From the NCBI GenBank assembly GCA_021815445.1, contig JAKAGM010000001.1, forward strand, positions 595,710 to 659,709: a stretch of DNA of 64,000 nt, written 5' to 3'. The notes under the pieces are model-generated. The model did not search any database, was not told where the DNA came from, and saw only the letters and a list, made by a program, of their open reading frames with translations. Both the position numbers and the translations under genes were made by a program. Source of the DNA: a bacterium. GTDB taxonomy: Bacteria; Patescibacteriota; Patescibacteriia; UBA10025. Within the stretch, counting starts at the first letter, position 1. Each line of letters starts with the position of its first letter. Shown piece after piece: positions 31,601-41,323 of the stretch.

Positions 31601-33577
31601 CATCTCTCCCGAGACTTTATTGGTAGCCGTATTGATTAAGACGCCATAGCGCGGATCACCGAATTTGCCCATATTTAAATAGTCGAGGCTGACCCACCCT
31701 ATGGCAGGCGACCACCCCCAGCCGTTGACGCGGATGGGGCTCCCGTCCTCGGGATACGAAAGGGTGAACGGGCTCGCATTCCCGTTACTCCAGATAAAGG
31801 CCGGGTGGCCGGCAGTCGTCAAGTAGCTGGCTGGCTGGTCGGCAGGCGCTGTCGGAGTCCGGTCAGCACCGTTCGTAGAATCGACCACCCCTATGCCCGC
31901 CGTCGGATACACCGGCACATCCTTCCAATTCGCCGGCAACGGGTCAGAGGCATCGAAGCTCATCCTACGATAGATAATCTTGTCATCTCCGACACATATG
32001 CCGCTACTACCTTTACAGTCATGGTTATAACCGCCACAATTACCTCCGCCCGTACAGATACTGCCCGCGTCTCCGCGCGCTTGGGCCACGACCCAGAAGT
32101 CATCGTCCGCGCTTGAAGTCATCGGGGTAATGAGGTATTGGTCCGGAAATTCGGCGAGCGTGCTTAAGTCTTGCCTGGCTGCCCAATTGAATGTGTTAAT
32201 GTCAGTCTGCCTCCATTCTTTCATGTAGAGGCGGCGTGAAATTTGATTGTGGTAGGCCAGATCATAGTCATAGCGCGAATACGCTACCCGGATGGCCTTT
32301 TTGCTTTGGGTAAGGTTATTTACTGTGACGGAAAGGTTCGGGCCCGGGTACTGCTCGTTATCGAGCATTGTCTTGTTGCACATGTGAGAAACATCAACGA
32401 TGGTACCGATAGCTCCGGCATCACGGCCGCAATTCCAGCCGGCAGCGCCCGTGGAATCATTAAAGCCAGTGTATGTATTTTCAATATACTGCAAAGGGAC
32501 ACTGCTTGCCCCGGGGAAAGGCACTTGCTCCGACCCGCCCGGATCGCTGCCATACCCCGGGGGAGGATTGCCGCCCCCCTCTATGAATAAACGTGAACCG
32601 CCTAAATCATATGCGCTTGCTGACAATCCACAACCGCCCCATCCCGCGATTGTTCGATTGACTACTACGGCGAAATTGCCGCTCAGAGGATTCTTGACGA
32701 GCGCCGCATAGACAAACGCATTTGGCTCAAAATTATTTGGCGTACTCCAATTGTATTTTATGCAGTTTTTCATCGCGCCCACATCCTTTGCCGAATTAGC
32801 GTCAATAACCCACGTACCATTCACGCCGCGCGTCATGGTTTTTGTCCGTAGGTAGGTATACCCGGCTTCGCTATCTCCGCCGCCGCGTTCCGGCGTCTGT
32901 ATATCATAGAGTATCATTGCCCGATTTCCTTCCACCCATATCTGGGGTTTCGGCTCTGCCGCAGATTGAGGGGGCTTATAAGCGCAATAATCACCCGATA
33001 CTCTTATGCTCCAGCTGAAATATTTATCCCACCAGTTTGCAGAGTCGGTGATCGTCATCTCCGGCTGGAGCTTCCACAACCCCGCGTTATTATCGTAGGT
33101 CAGCTCGCGGAAATAGACGTTTCCTGAATCGCCTCCATTACACCCATCGGGGACACCGCAACAGCCGCTCCCAGAGTTGTCCCTGAAATAAATGATATAC
33201 AGATTGCAGTCTGACGCCGTGGAACAGTTGGGATTGCCGGTCATGTTTTTGGCAAGAAAAAAATTCATGCCGGATGTCAGCACTTCCGAAGAGTTTGAAA
33301 GCGCTTCAGTCCATGTGAGGCCGTCCGTGCTCTTTCGGAAGCGGAGCGTGCCATACTGCTGGCCTTCACTGTAGTTTTCCATATGCACGCTGACGATGGC
33401 ATTATTCAGCATGATCATGTGCCTGTCTTTTGGGAGGCCGGTTGCCTCAGTATCGGTTGGATTTGCCACTTTTGAAAAAGCTGCTTGTGTACCCCTGGGC
33501 ACTATTATTACCAAAACAATAGCAAGCGCCGCGCCAGTGAGAAAGAGAAAAAGTTTTTTGTTCTGAGAAAAATTCAT
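28631..33577 (-). CDS. giant secreted protein (1648 aa) with BNR/Asp-box and seven-bladed beta-propeller repeat array
   Basis: Signal peptide; Asp-box STDGLTWT; seven tandem blades each of about 50 aa with consensus AID..YMYVVG...WRIEKRRL.DG.L...F.G.G. Ends 84 nt upstream of pilM on the same strand. Confidence 0.8.
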   Translation of the reverse strand: MNFSQNKKLFLFLTGAALAIVLVIIVPRGTQAAFSKVANPTDTEATGLPKDRHMIMLNNAIVSVHMENYSEGQQYGTLRFRKSTDGLTWTEALSNSSEVLTSGMNFFLAKNMTGNPNCSTASDCNLYIIYFRDNSGSGCCGVPDGCNGGDSGNVYFRELTYDNNAGLWKLQPEMTITDSANWWDKYFSWSIRVSGDYCAYKPPQSAAEPKPQIWVEGNRAMILYDIQTPERGGGDSEAGYTYLRTKTMTRGVNGTWVIDANSAKDVGAMKNCIKYNWSTPNNFEPNAFVYAALVKNPLSGNFAVVVNRTIAGWGGCGLSASAYDLGGSRLFIEGGGNPPPGYGSDPGGSEQVPFPGASSVPLQYIENTYTGFNDSTGAAGWNCGRDAGAIGTIVDVSHMCNKTMLDNEQYPGPNLSVTVNNLTQSKKAIRVAYSRYDYDLAYHNQISRRLYMKEWRQTDINTFNWAARQDLSTLAEFPDQYLITPMTSSADDDFWVVAQARGDAGSICTGGGNCGGYNHDCKGSSGICVGDDKIIYRRMSFDASDPLPANWKDVPVYPTAGIGVVDSTNGADRTPTAPADQPASYLTTAGHPAFIWSNGNASPFTLSYPEDGSPIRVNGWGWSPAIGWVSLDYLNMGKFGDPRYGVLINTATNKVSGEMWSPNVGWITFNYTPATDCTDPAPEGGALDPSFGQGGIIDEPPTTTYSVEAATVIDENYIYVVGEDETHAKWRIEKRRLADGTLVNSFGKDNNGVIKGGDNSDYIKDVAIDHEFMYIVGDGYSDTGDHHWLIEKRRLSDGSLDTAFDGDGILVSSTPSTNTAFSIAIDSTYMYVVGDDGWNIEKRRLDDGTLVTAFDGDGVITEAISQTPYGIAIDGTYMYVIGSGWRIEKRRLDTGALVTNFDGNGIVEPVAGREANSLAIDTNLNALYVVGKVIGSSTYDWRIEKRSLTTGALCTAANCSGTEFGTGGVVTSAGDQYEASSIATDGVYMYVTGNINNPGTHFRVEKYRLTDGAPDSTFGNPPAPGGFVNSDNNSKYPNGITVDGAFIYIVGNHQGDGWRIEKRFKEDQDPRCNPNSPDPSYPFPAAGTIAKFNPDTNSLVGWARVMSTKEEGEKLDGSFVDGQVDKDCYPAVAGVNACEWGWVRLGGTWTNNKSTLLNVQNLNIGDLIAHVVSTVGFPVASSLLIEPGANQETIAYSTKDATSFTLSTAATKSHLLTTVPAPSVRLATQSGSYSTGMQYLGDKGAYELFDFAYSQQFGWIQFLPFRFLGFPYVQTKAGDIYGQGNITIPAPPTATNQQYTATYLIQAGGTIAPFISSAGGYGPGASSQGGVDNPPAGGSLTYLQPNVGTYGYPGITSQYQNALGKLDLDKITRVVSGCKVADVNGNLTPVVSPLSCDNMDGQGHGINDPTCYTYVQPPGTYDPSKNWCSNDGNGLNAYGAEVVIRHTNDGSRVDHFSGLHPLLLSNDISLDGKAYYYPNAILSVSYSHTIKNGATSGAGIVVSKGVSFRESGVNAGISYDSTAPATIKQLASALWITTTDDVNVYSTVTNLAGSFITGINDTTSTKGIFNTCYLPADSSACGKNQLKVQGVVLARKFNLNRTWFGPAGTQSVTDPSELFTNDGRLLANPPNGVQDLSQSLPKFQQVRP

Positions 33578-33737
33578 TCTTTTTAGGAAACTTTATCTGG
33601 TTGGACGCGCGAAAGCGCATTATCCTAGGATCGACATAACAGCCTTTCGGCTGTCCAACCTAACCCCGTTTTTGGGTAAAATCGATGTTCACGGGTGCTA
33701 CAACGCCCTTTCAGGCGTCCGACCATACTACTCACTC

Positions 33738-35891
33738 TTACGGACACACAGCCGCCCCGGGCATATACGTACCCATAAGGCGAAAATCCGCTTTTACTCC
33801 GGTAGTATTCTTTATGGCGATAGAGCCCGCCGTTCCCGGGAGATATCCGGGACTTGAGGTTCTCATGACACTGGTGCCGACAGTAACGTAGACGATGCCC
33901 GCATTGTCTTCAAAAATTCCGCTCGAATCTGTCCCGCTGAGTGAGCCCACAGCGGTCCATGCTAACCCATCGGGAGACTCATACACCTGACCGATGTTTC
34001 CCGTTGCGGCATAAAAATGGCCGCCGCTTGTTTGATATAATTTCTTCACCTCGTCTACCGTCGGCCCCGTGCTCGTCCATGTAACTCCCATATTTGTCGA
34101 GTACCACACATGCCCGCTCAAGCCCCCCCCGTTCAGAGACCCCCCCGCAAAGAGATAGCCATTCTGGCTCTGTATAAGTGTGGGGACCTGATTTTGACCA
34201 GTCAGAGTTCCTGGCACGGGAGACCATACCTGGCCGTGATCTTGAGATACGTAGATTTTACCCGCATTAGCCGTCCCCGCATAAAGGTTTCCATCGCTTG
34301 TCTGTAAAAGCGACTCCACAGCTGAGTTGACGCCCCCGGTCACTGTTAACGGGCTCCAATCGATCCCGGTTTGGGTGGTTTGCCGTCGATAGACATTGTT
34401 GCTGCCGCTGGAAAATCCCGCAAAAATAGTTCCGGCGGGACAGGTACCGCCATCCTGGCAATCAGAGTTGTTTTTACAGACCCTATTGGGATTATTGCTG
34501 CAAAAGCTTGTCTCCTCCAGGAGAGCCATAAAAGCGCCTGCGACGTGGGGTCCTATATTCGCCCATGACCAGACCGTCCCATTATACGTATATTTGTAGA
34601 TATCCCCGGTGTTGCCGGTAGCCGCGTAGACCGAACCGTCCCGTGATTCGATCATATCCCAGACGCCTGTCGCCCCGTCATTGGGGAGACCCGTATCAAC
34701 CCACGTGATTCCCCGATTAGTGGATTTATAGATACGGGCTTGTCCCGTACCGCCTGCTCCTTGGACTCCCACATAGATGGTGCCGTCTCTCGCGGCAAGC
34801 AGCGACATGGCCGTGTCGGATCCGGGAAGAGCTCCCGCGGCCAACCACTGGGTATCCGTCGTACACTGCCTATATGCCAGCTGTGTGTCGAATGGCGGGG
34901 TGAATCTTTTCCAATCCGCCTGCAGGTCGGCGCTGTCGTTATACATGGCTGTCAGGCGGAGAATAGAGTCTCCCGGCGGATTGCATGTACCGGGACTTTT
35001 GCAGTCAGACCCGCTATTGCATGCTCTGCTAGGATCATTACTGCAAACACCCATGTGATAACCGGTTTGCGCGGGCGTAAAGGTGGCAACACCGTCAGGA
35101 GGCACACTGGAGGTCTCGACGGTGAAAAACTTGATTCCGGGAGCAGTGGTCGGTGTACTGGCAGCGAAGTTCTGCAGGGAAGCCGCATTGATCTGCATAA
35201 GATTCACTCCATCAACTATCACACTGCCTCCCACAGACACTGCGCCGCCAAGCGCGGTGACAGTCGAGTTAAATGTGGCATTGCCGCCGACAATCAACTG
35301 GCCGTTAGGGTTGATAACGTTGACAGCCCCGTAGAAGTATCCGGCGTATGACGTTGAATCGTTAGTGTATCCCTCCCCTTTCACCCCTGTAGCGCCGGCC
35401 ACGGATGCCTGTCCAAAGACGCCCCGGCCGTTGGATCCGCTTGCGTCGCCCCGGACCCCTTTTGCCAAGGGCAGGCTCCCGATCGCTACACCCGTCACAG
35501 CGGAATTGCCGGAGGAATGTGTCTGGGCATGTACGCCGTACACTGTCCCCATAGCGGTCAACATTCCCTTGGCGGGGGCTGATTTGTCTCCCACGACGAA
35601 CGTTCTGAGCACGCGCTCGAGCCCGGTTACATCAAGTTTCGCCGTCGGTGCGGCTGTGCTGCCGATACGTAGATCGCCCGTTCGAGCCTGTGCCTCGCCG
35701 CCGCCGTAAATACCCGGAGTAGTCGTGCTCAACACTTTATCGCCCAAATAGATATAGGGGCCGGTGTTCGAGGAGGGCGGTGAGCCCGGCGGCTGATCCC
35801 ACACCTGCGCAACGACGGCACCTCCGCCCATCACTCCCGCGATAAGAAGCAGAGCTACCGCTAACTTTACTGTGTTCAATGGCTTGTTCAT
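33738..35891 (-). CDS. secreted BNR/Asp-box repeat protein (717 aa), paralog family member 1
   Basis: Signal peptide; Asp-box-like STNRGITW, SQDHGQVW, STNMGVTW; Cys-rich segments. Shares an N-terminal module (AQ-W-x2-PP...R.G.L.IG) with the next two genes. Confidence 0.7.
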   Translation of the reverse strand: MNKPLNTVKLAVALLLIAGVMGGGAVVAQVWDQPPGSPPSSNTGPYIYLGDKVLSTTTPGIYGGGEAQARTGDLRIGSTAAPTAKLDVTGLERVLRTFVVGDKSAPAKGMLTAMGTVYGVHAQTHSSGNSAVTGVAIGSLPLAKGVRGDASGSNGRGVFGQASVAGATGVKGEGYTNDSTSYAGYFYGAVNVINPNGQLIVGGNATFNSTVTALGGAVSVGGSVIVDGVNLMQINAASLQNFAASTPTTAPGIKFFTVETSSVPPDGVATFTPAQTGYHMGVCSNDPSRACNSGSDCKSPGTCNPPGDSILRLTAMYNDSADLQADWKRFTPPFDTQLAYRQCTTDTQWLAAGALPGSDTAMSLLAARDGTIYVGVQGAGGTGQARIYKSTNRGITWVDTGLPNDGATGVWDMIESRDGSVYAATGNTGDIYKYTYNGTVWSWANIGPHVAGAFMALLEETSFCSNNPNRVCKNNSDCQDGGTCPAGTIFAGFSSGSNNVYRRQTTQTGIDWSPLTVTGGVNSAVESLLQTSDGNLYAGTANAGKIYVSQDHGQVWSPVPGTLTGQNQVPTLIQSQNGYLFAGGSLNGGGLSGHVWYSTNMGVTWTSTGPTVDEVKKLYQTSGGHFYAATGNIGQVYESPDGLAWTAVGSLSGTDSSGIFEDNAGIVYVTVGTSVMRTSSPGYLPGTAGSIAIKNTTGVKADFRLMGTYMPGAAVCP

Positions 35892-35903
35892 ATTACAAGG
35901 ATA

Positions 35904-37907
35904 CTATGGGCAGGGAGGCTCGAATTTATGCCCGCATCCACCTCCGCCACCTGTGCATGCCGTTCTGCAATACGGATTCGGCGCCAGACAAACGCCAGTC
36001 TGCGGATTATACGCCGAACCGTAACTTTGATTGTTGCAACAGTAATAATTCGACGGACATCCGACGCGAACCGCCGTCGTGCCCGAACCTGTCGCGCCAT
36101 TTACCGTCGCTGTGTCTGTGACGGTAAACGTCGAATTTGAGACGTAAGTATGTGCAGGATTCTGGGCTGTGTGCCCGGGCCCGCCGCAGGCGGCCGAATT
36201 GTCAGTGTTGCATATCGGCGATGCAGTACATACGCCGGACGGACAGTCTGTAGCGCCATTCAATACATTGCACCCCAGACCGTTATTGGCCCCGCCAGTG
36301 CAGGTGCCGTCGCCGAAACTCCAGCTCCAACCTGTCGCACTTGCTGTTAAATCCGCGAACATGACGGTCTGGGGGGTGCCCGGAGGGATAGTACTCGGTG
36401 AAGCATTCGCCGTTGATGTCGGGTCGGCAGTCGCAGTCACTGTCGGAGTGAATTTTCCGGTAATCATAAGTGAATTCGCGCACACACTGCCGTTGCATGC
36501 ATGAATATAGATCCCGTTATCGACTCCCGCATTGTATTTTGATGATGTCGGGACAAAGGTAATGTCACAGTTTGCAAGCGAGCCGCTATTGGTGCTCCCG
36601 ATGATATTCGGAGCCCCGCTGGGAGTCCCATAATACACCGTGCATGTGTAGCAGCCCGGCGTTGCGCATTTCCCGACACTTGTTGCATCTTTATAGCGCA
36701 GACTCTGCGTCGGAGCCGCTGAGAATGTGGCCGGGTTTATCAGATCAATGCCTCCCGGTGATGTGATGACCTCGAGAGCGGGCACTGGCGCAACCGTCCC
36801 GCATACCTGTACTGAGGAAAACTGCCTGTAAAAAGCGATAACGCGGAAAAATGCGCCATAGCCGAGACTATTGGTGATAGTGAACTTCCCTGACGCAAGG
36901 CTGGCGCCCGGCAAACATTCTTCATAGTTCACGTCAGAGGACGTACGGTCATATGGAAAATAGGTGTACCCATCTAAAGAATACTCGGCAAGGTAGGATT
37001 CAACCTCCGTCATCTCGTTCAGCGGGCCGACTCCTTCACTGCCTATTGGATAAGTCTTCGGTCCACGGCGCCATGAGACAGATACACCGTTTGCAATCTT
37101 TCCGGCGGGCGACCCAGTCGTGACGCAGTTCGTGCAGCCGGAGCCATTCCCGTCGGCAGAAGTCAGCACGAGTACCCTCACTGAGGGGTCAGTCACAGGA
37201 ACGGCTGATATTGCGTTTTGAATCGATTGCGCTTTGACGTTGCGCGGATCAAAATCGATGCCGTTGAATTGAAGCGCTTCTGTCGTAAGATTGTTTGTAA
37301 TGGCAACATTCCCGCTCAGGGTAGTGGTATCATCAACGCTGAGGTTTCCGGTAATGTTTGTCGACCCTTGAAATATACCCGCTGATCCGGCTTGGCTATA
37401 TCCGATTACGCCATAGCCTCCTTGTCCAGCTTTTCCGTACACCCCCGTGGCGGTATGACTTCCTGCATTACCCCATACGCCGTATCCGCTGTTGACAGCC
37501 GTGACGCCGTATACGCCCGCCTTTGATGGATCCTGGCCCGATCCATAGACAGCGCTGTAATCGCATGAAATTGCGGACACTGCTGCCGTACCGGCCAGAG
37601 GATAGGAAAGCGAGCACCCTGATCCATCTCCTCCGGCAGAGAGTGTCGTATCCGTTACCGCCGGCCCTGCCACATAGAGATTCTGCGTCCCGGGATTAGG
37701 CACCGCCTGACCAATCGTCAGGGCTCCCACCCTTGATTGGGCGTCAGGTTTGGTTCCGGCATACAAGGGGTTGTCAATATTTGGATCGCCAGGATTAACC
37801 GGGGGCGCGGAAGTGGGCGGCGACCATTGCGCATAAGCAATACCCGCGCTCAAGGTAAGCAGAAGGGCGAGAAAGATGACTGAGGATTTCATTTTACGCT
37901 TAAACAT
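35904..37907 (-). CDS. secreted Gly/Tyr-repeat protein with Cys-rich C-terminus (667 aa), paralog family member 2
   Basis: Signal peptide ending AYAQWSPPTSAPP; GVYG.x.GYGV-type repeats; C-terminal GCPSNYYCCNN...CRTACTGGGGGCGHKFEPPCP. Confidence 0.7.
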   Translation of the reverse strand: MFKRKMKSSVIFLALLLTLSAGIAYAQWSPPTSAPPVNPGDPNIDNPLYAGTKPDAQSRVGALTIGQAVPNPGTQNLYVAGPAVTDTTLSAGGDGSGCSLSYPLAGTAAVSAISCDYSAVYGSGQDPSKAGVYGVTAVNSGYGVWGNAGSHTATGVYGKAGQGGYGVIGYSQAGSAGIFQGSTNITGNLSVDDTTTLSGNVAITNNLTTEALQFNGIDFDPRNVKAQSIQNAISAVPVTDPSVRVLVLTSADGNGSGCTNCVTTGSPAGKIANGVSVSWRRGPKTYPIGSEGVGPLNEMTEVESYLAEYSLDGYTYFPYDRTSSDVNYEECLPGASLASGKFTITNSLGYGAFFRVIAFYRQFSSVQVCGTVAPVPALEVITSPGGIDLINPATFSAAPTQSLRYKDATSVGKCATPGCYTCTVYYGTPSGAPNIIGSTNSGSLANCDITFVPTSSKYNAGVDNGIYIHACNGSVCANSLMITGKFTPTVTATADPTSTANASPSTIPPGTPQTVMFADLTASATGWSWSFGDGTCTGGANNGLGCNVLNGATDCPSGVCTASPICNTDNSAACGGPGHTAQNPAHTYVSNSTFTVTDTATVNGATGSGTTAVRVGCPSNYYCCNNQSYGSAYNPQTGVCLAPNPYCRTACTGGGGGCGHKFEPPCP

Positions 37908-37928
37908 AGCTTTCAGTTAAACTGTCGC

Positions 37929-39962
37929 CTATTGACATATGCCGCCAGGACATCCGCTGCCCCCAACCGGACACTGGGTACGGCAATATCGTATGGGGGC
38001 ATTGAGACCGTTGCACCCGGCGCTGCCGCCTGGGTACTCCGAACCTAATGTATTGTCTGTGCAGCATGTATATCCCGCCCCTACAGGACATCCGGCATAT
38101 ACTTCATGAATTGCAGGGACACTATATTCGCCGTTCGAGAATACTCTGAGCGAAACGAAATAACTCGAGCTTACCCCCGACGGATACGTGTGAATTGGCC
38201 TCTCGACCGTGCCTCCTTGCGCTGAGCCGCAAGCGGGCAGATTGGCGGGATCGCTATCGCATATCGCCGATCCATCGCCGAAATTCCAACTATACGTGTT
38301 CGTGCCCAGGAGGCCGATAACTGCGGTGCTTGTGAAAGTAAACGTATGCTCGGTCCCGGGGGGAATCGATTGGGTCCCGGCGGGCGCAATGGTAAAATTA
38401 GCCCGCGGAATCAGCTCTGCATAAATGCTTGAATCGCTGCACGCCTTGCCGTTTACATCCGCATTGCACGCCCTGAGCGTCATTTTAGTCTTGCCGGTGG
38501 AAATCTTATCCTGAAAATAGAGAAAATAGTTTTTTCCTGGGACAATATTACCGCAGGTTGATGCAGGCAATTCACCGGAATCAAGGGCTCCCGTAACGTT
38601 GACGTCGCCGTAAAAGATCTGACAGGTATATGTGCAGCCGGGAGCTGAACATTTGTTAGTCGAAAAATCCCAATAAACAAGATACCATTGGGAAGTATGA
38701 TATGGGGTTACGGTAAAATCGTTTTCATGGATGGTCCCGGCCATTTGAATACCGAGTTGCGCTATAGGCGCAGATGTCGGTGCGCACGTCATGTGATCAA
38801 TATAATCCTTATAGAACACAGTTAACCGGAACTCAGCAGGAGCCGCAGGCAAAATGTCGTTGGTAATGCTAAAGGCGCCCAGCGGGGCAGAGCCATCAGC
38901 CGTGCATTCCTGATATTTCAAGTTTGCCGCTGTCGCAGGATGAAAATCGTGGAGATTGCCTGAGGAATCTTTATACTGGGCGATATATCCTCTTACGACT
39001 GTCGTATCATCGAGAAATCCCGTCCCCCCCGTTGAAACGGGGCCGATGTTCCACTGGGCAGTGGCTCCGCCGGCTATCTGGCCTCCCGTACAACCGGCGC
39101 ATATTGCGTCCTTTGAGCTCAGGATAATCGTTTTGAAACCTTCTTTGTTGGCGGGATCAGCAAGGGCGCTATCCTGCACCGAGGGGGCATTCACGGTCGT
39201 GGTGATAAAGTTTGTTCCTTGGATAGTCAGTGTTTGAAGGTTGAGCGGAACTTTGGTGGAAGGATCAGCGTCTCCAACGGTAAATCCAGCGGGCCCCTGC
39301 ACTTGAGTATTGTTATCAACTGAAAGTTTGCCATAAAAGGTATTCAGGCCGTTCGGATCATTTTTGACAGCGACATTTCCGGTGAAGTGCGCCGCATCCC
39401 CAAGCGGGTTTACCCCATAGATTCCCGCACCCCCGGGCCCGGATGCGAATCCAAAAACGCCGATACCCTTAGTGAACCCGCTTCCATCACCCGATACCCC
39501 CGCCCCTGAATCCATGGTCGTTTCACCATATACGCCCGCTCCCCCTGCCGCGCTTGACTCTCCATATACGCCGTAAAGGCTCGATCCCCCAATCGCCATG
39601 AGTGACACATTATCTATAAAAATTCCCGACCCTATTCTAAGCATGTCAGCATGTGAATTCCCGTGTACGCATAACATCACTGAAGGGTCGCAATAAGCTG
39701 GATCAGAGGTACCGACTGTAAGCGGGCCGACTCGCGCCTCCGCGTTGCCCCCATACCCGGGGTTATTTCCGGAGTAGAGCGGATCATCGAGCTCTTGGTT
39801 GCCTATGCCGGTCGGCGGCGCAAAGGACGGCTCCACCCACTGTTGCGCCCGCGCAACATACTGGGATACTCCGATCCCCAAAACAATGATTCCAACCACA
39901 GCACAAAAAACGATCGTCGCATGGGGCGTTCGTAATCGTTTTGTGATACCAGTACGTAGCAT
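37929..39962 (-). CDS. secreted Gly-repeat protein with Cys-rich C-terminus, paralog family member 3
   Basis: ORF extends to 40019; start preferred at Met (MLRTGITK) before the signal/TM. N-module QQWVEPSFAPP...EARVGPLTVG; C-terminal GCPVGAGYTCCTDN...CRTQCPVGGSGCPGGICQ. Confidence 0.65.
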   Translation of the reverse strand: MLRTGITKRLRTPHATIVFCAVVGIIVLGIGVSQYVARAQQWVEPSFAPPTGIGNQELDDPLYSGNNPGYGGNAEARVGPLTVGTSDPAYCDPSVMLCVHGNSHADMLRIGSGIFIDNVSLMAIGGSSLYGVYGESSAAGGAGVYGETTMDSGAGVSGDGSGFTKGIGVFGFASGPGGAGIYGVNPLGDAAHFTGNVAVKNDPNGLNTFYGKLSVDNNTQVQGPAGFTVGDADPSTKVPLNLQTLTIQGTNFITTTVNAPSVQDSALADPANKEGFKTIILSSKDAICAGCTGGQIAGGATAQWNIGPVSTGGTGFLDDTTVVRGYIAQYKDSSGNLHDFHPATAANLKYQECTADGSAPLGAFSITNDILPAAPAEFRLTVFYKDYIDHMTCAPTSAPIAQLGIQMAGTIHENDFTVTPYHTSQWYLVYWDFSTNKCSAPGCTYTCQIFYGDVNVTGALDSGELPASTCGNIVPGKNYFLYFQDKISTGKTKMTLRACNADVNGKACSDSSIYAELIPRANFTIAPAGTQSIPPGTEHTFTFTSTAVIGLLGTNTYSWNFGDGSAICDSDPANLPACGSAQGGTVERPIHTYPSGVSSSYFVSLRVFSNGEYSVPAIHEVYAGCPVGAGYTCCTDNTLGSEYPGGSAGCNGLNAPIRYCRTQCPVGGSGCPGGICQ

Positions 39963-40137
39963 GATATCAAGAAATAATATTTGTTTTCCTCCAAAAAAAA
40001 TATGATGCCTGCCCATCATGTTGACACAACACTTGCAATATGGTGATAATGACGGTGGACAGCTACAGCTTAGAGGCGTTCATGAGGGCAGAAATCGAAG
40101 AAAAGATTGCTTCCATTGTAACATATTTTGCACTGCT

Positions 40138-40602
40138 ATGTCAACGGAGAACAAAGAGAAAGGGGCCAGAAAAATCGATCTTCTTTTCGTGGTCGCTTTT
40201 ATCGCTCTTGCGGTGTTTGTGGGCACCCTGCTGTTCGTAAAAAATCAACAAGGAAAGAAAACTGCGAACACAAACCAGCAATTGCCCTCAACACTTCAGC
40301 AGGCGCAGAGCATCTCTGGAAAGATAGGGTCAATCGATCCGAGCGCGAAAAAGATGGCGTTTGAAGCCGACGTGAAAGATTCCCAGAACGCAGGGAAATT
40401 TGTAAAAAAGACATTCACCGTCGAGTTCGACAGCGCCACAGTCATGCAGAAGCGAAATACGGCGCTTCTCCCCGCTAATGATGCGTATTCCCCGCTTGCG
40501 CTGACCGACCTCACAGTCGGCCAGACCATCATTATTTCCACAAAAGACAATCCGCTCGCCAAAGATGTCCTCCATGCATTAACGATGAATTATTATTACT
40601 AA
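40138..40602 (+). CDS. small membrane-anchored hypothetical protein
   Basis: Internal Met (MSTENKEKG) followed by TM helix LLFVVAFIALAVFVGTLLFV. ORF track start 40018 is probably too early. Confidence 0.5.
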   Translation: MSTENKEKGARKIDLLFVVAFIALAVFVGTLLFVKNQQGKKTANTNQQLPSTLQQAQSISGKIGSIDPSAKKMAFEADVKDSQNAGKFVKKTFTVEFDSATVMQKRNTALLPANDAYSPLALTDLTVGQTIIISTKDNPLAKDVLHALTMNYYY

Positions 40603-40632
40603 TCAACGGTTAATTATTAACTATTTTTCGCT

Positions 40633-41190
40633 ATGAATATCGTACTTTGGATTCTTTTCGGAATCATCGCGGCCATCATCCTATGGTTGATTGCCGTGTA
40701 CAACGGCCTCATCCGTCTGCGAAACCAGACTGATGAAGCGTGGGCGGACATCGATGTGCAGTTGAAGCGCCGCTATGACCTTATCCCCAATCTGGTCGAA
40801 ACGGTCAAAGGGTACGCGACCCACGAGCGTGAGCTTTTTGAAAAAGTGACGCAAGCCCGGGCAGCGGCCATGGGCGCGCAATCCGTGCAGGACAAGGGCC
40901 AGGCTGAGAATATGCTCGCCGGTACGCTGAAATCGCTTTTTGCCGTCGCTGAGAACTACCCGCAGCTGAAAGCGAACGAGAACTTCGCCAAATTGCAGGA
41001 CGAACTCTCTGATACCGAGAATAAAATCCAGGCAGCGCGCAGATTCTACAACGGCAATGTCCGCGACTTTAATACGAAGATACAAGTCTTCCCGAACAAC
41101 ATGATTGCCAGTTCTTTGGGCTTCAAGAAATACGAATTCTTCGAGATAGCAGAAGAAGGTCAGCGGGAACCGGTCAAAGTCAGCTTCTAG
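40633..41190 (+). CDS. lemA: LemA family protein
   Basis: N-terminal TM helix plus NGLIRLRNQTDEAWADIDVQLKRRYDLIPNLVETVKGYA...YPQLKANENF, typical of LemA. Confidence 0.8.
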   Translation: MNIVLWILFGIIAAIILWLIAVYNGLIRLRNQTDEAWADIDVQLKRRYDLIPNLVETVKGYATHERELFEKVTQARAAAMGAQSVQDKGQAENMLAGTLKSLFAVAENYPQLKANENFAKLQDELSDTENKIQAARRFYNGNVRDFNTKIQVFPNNMIASSLGFKKYEFFEIAEEGQREPVKVSF

Positions 41191-41323
41191 TTAATAGGAG
41201 TTGTAGAAATCTCGAGCGCAGCTCTCTGTTCGGTGCTTGTTATTGTCATTCCGAACTTGATTCGGAATCTTTATCGAGCATGTTCGAAACCTATCAAGAT
41301 AGAATAATTTCCATCGTACCTTT

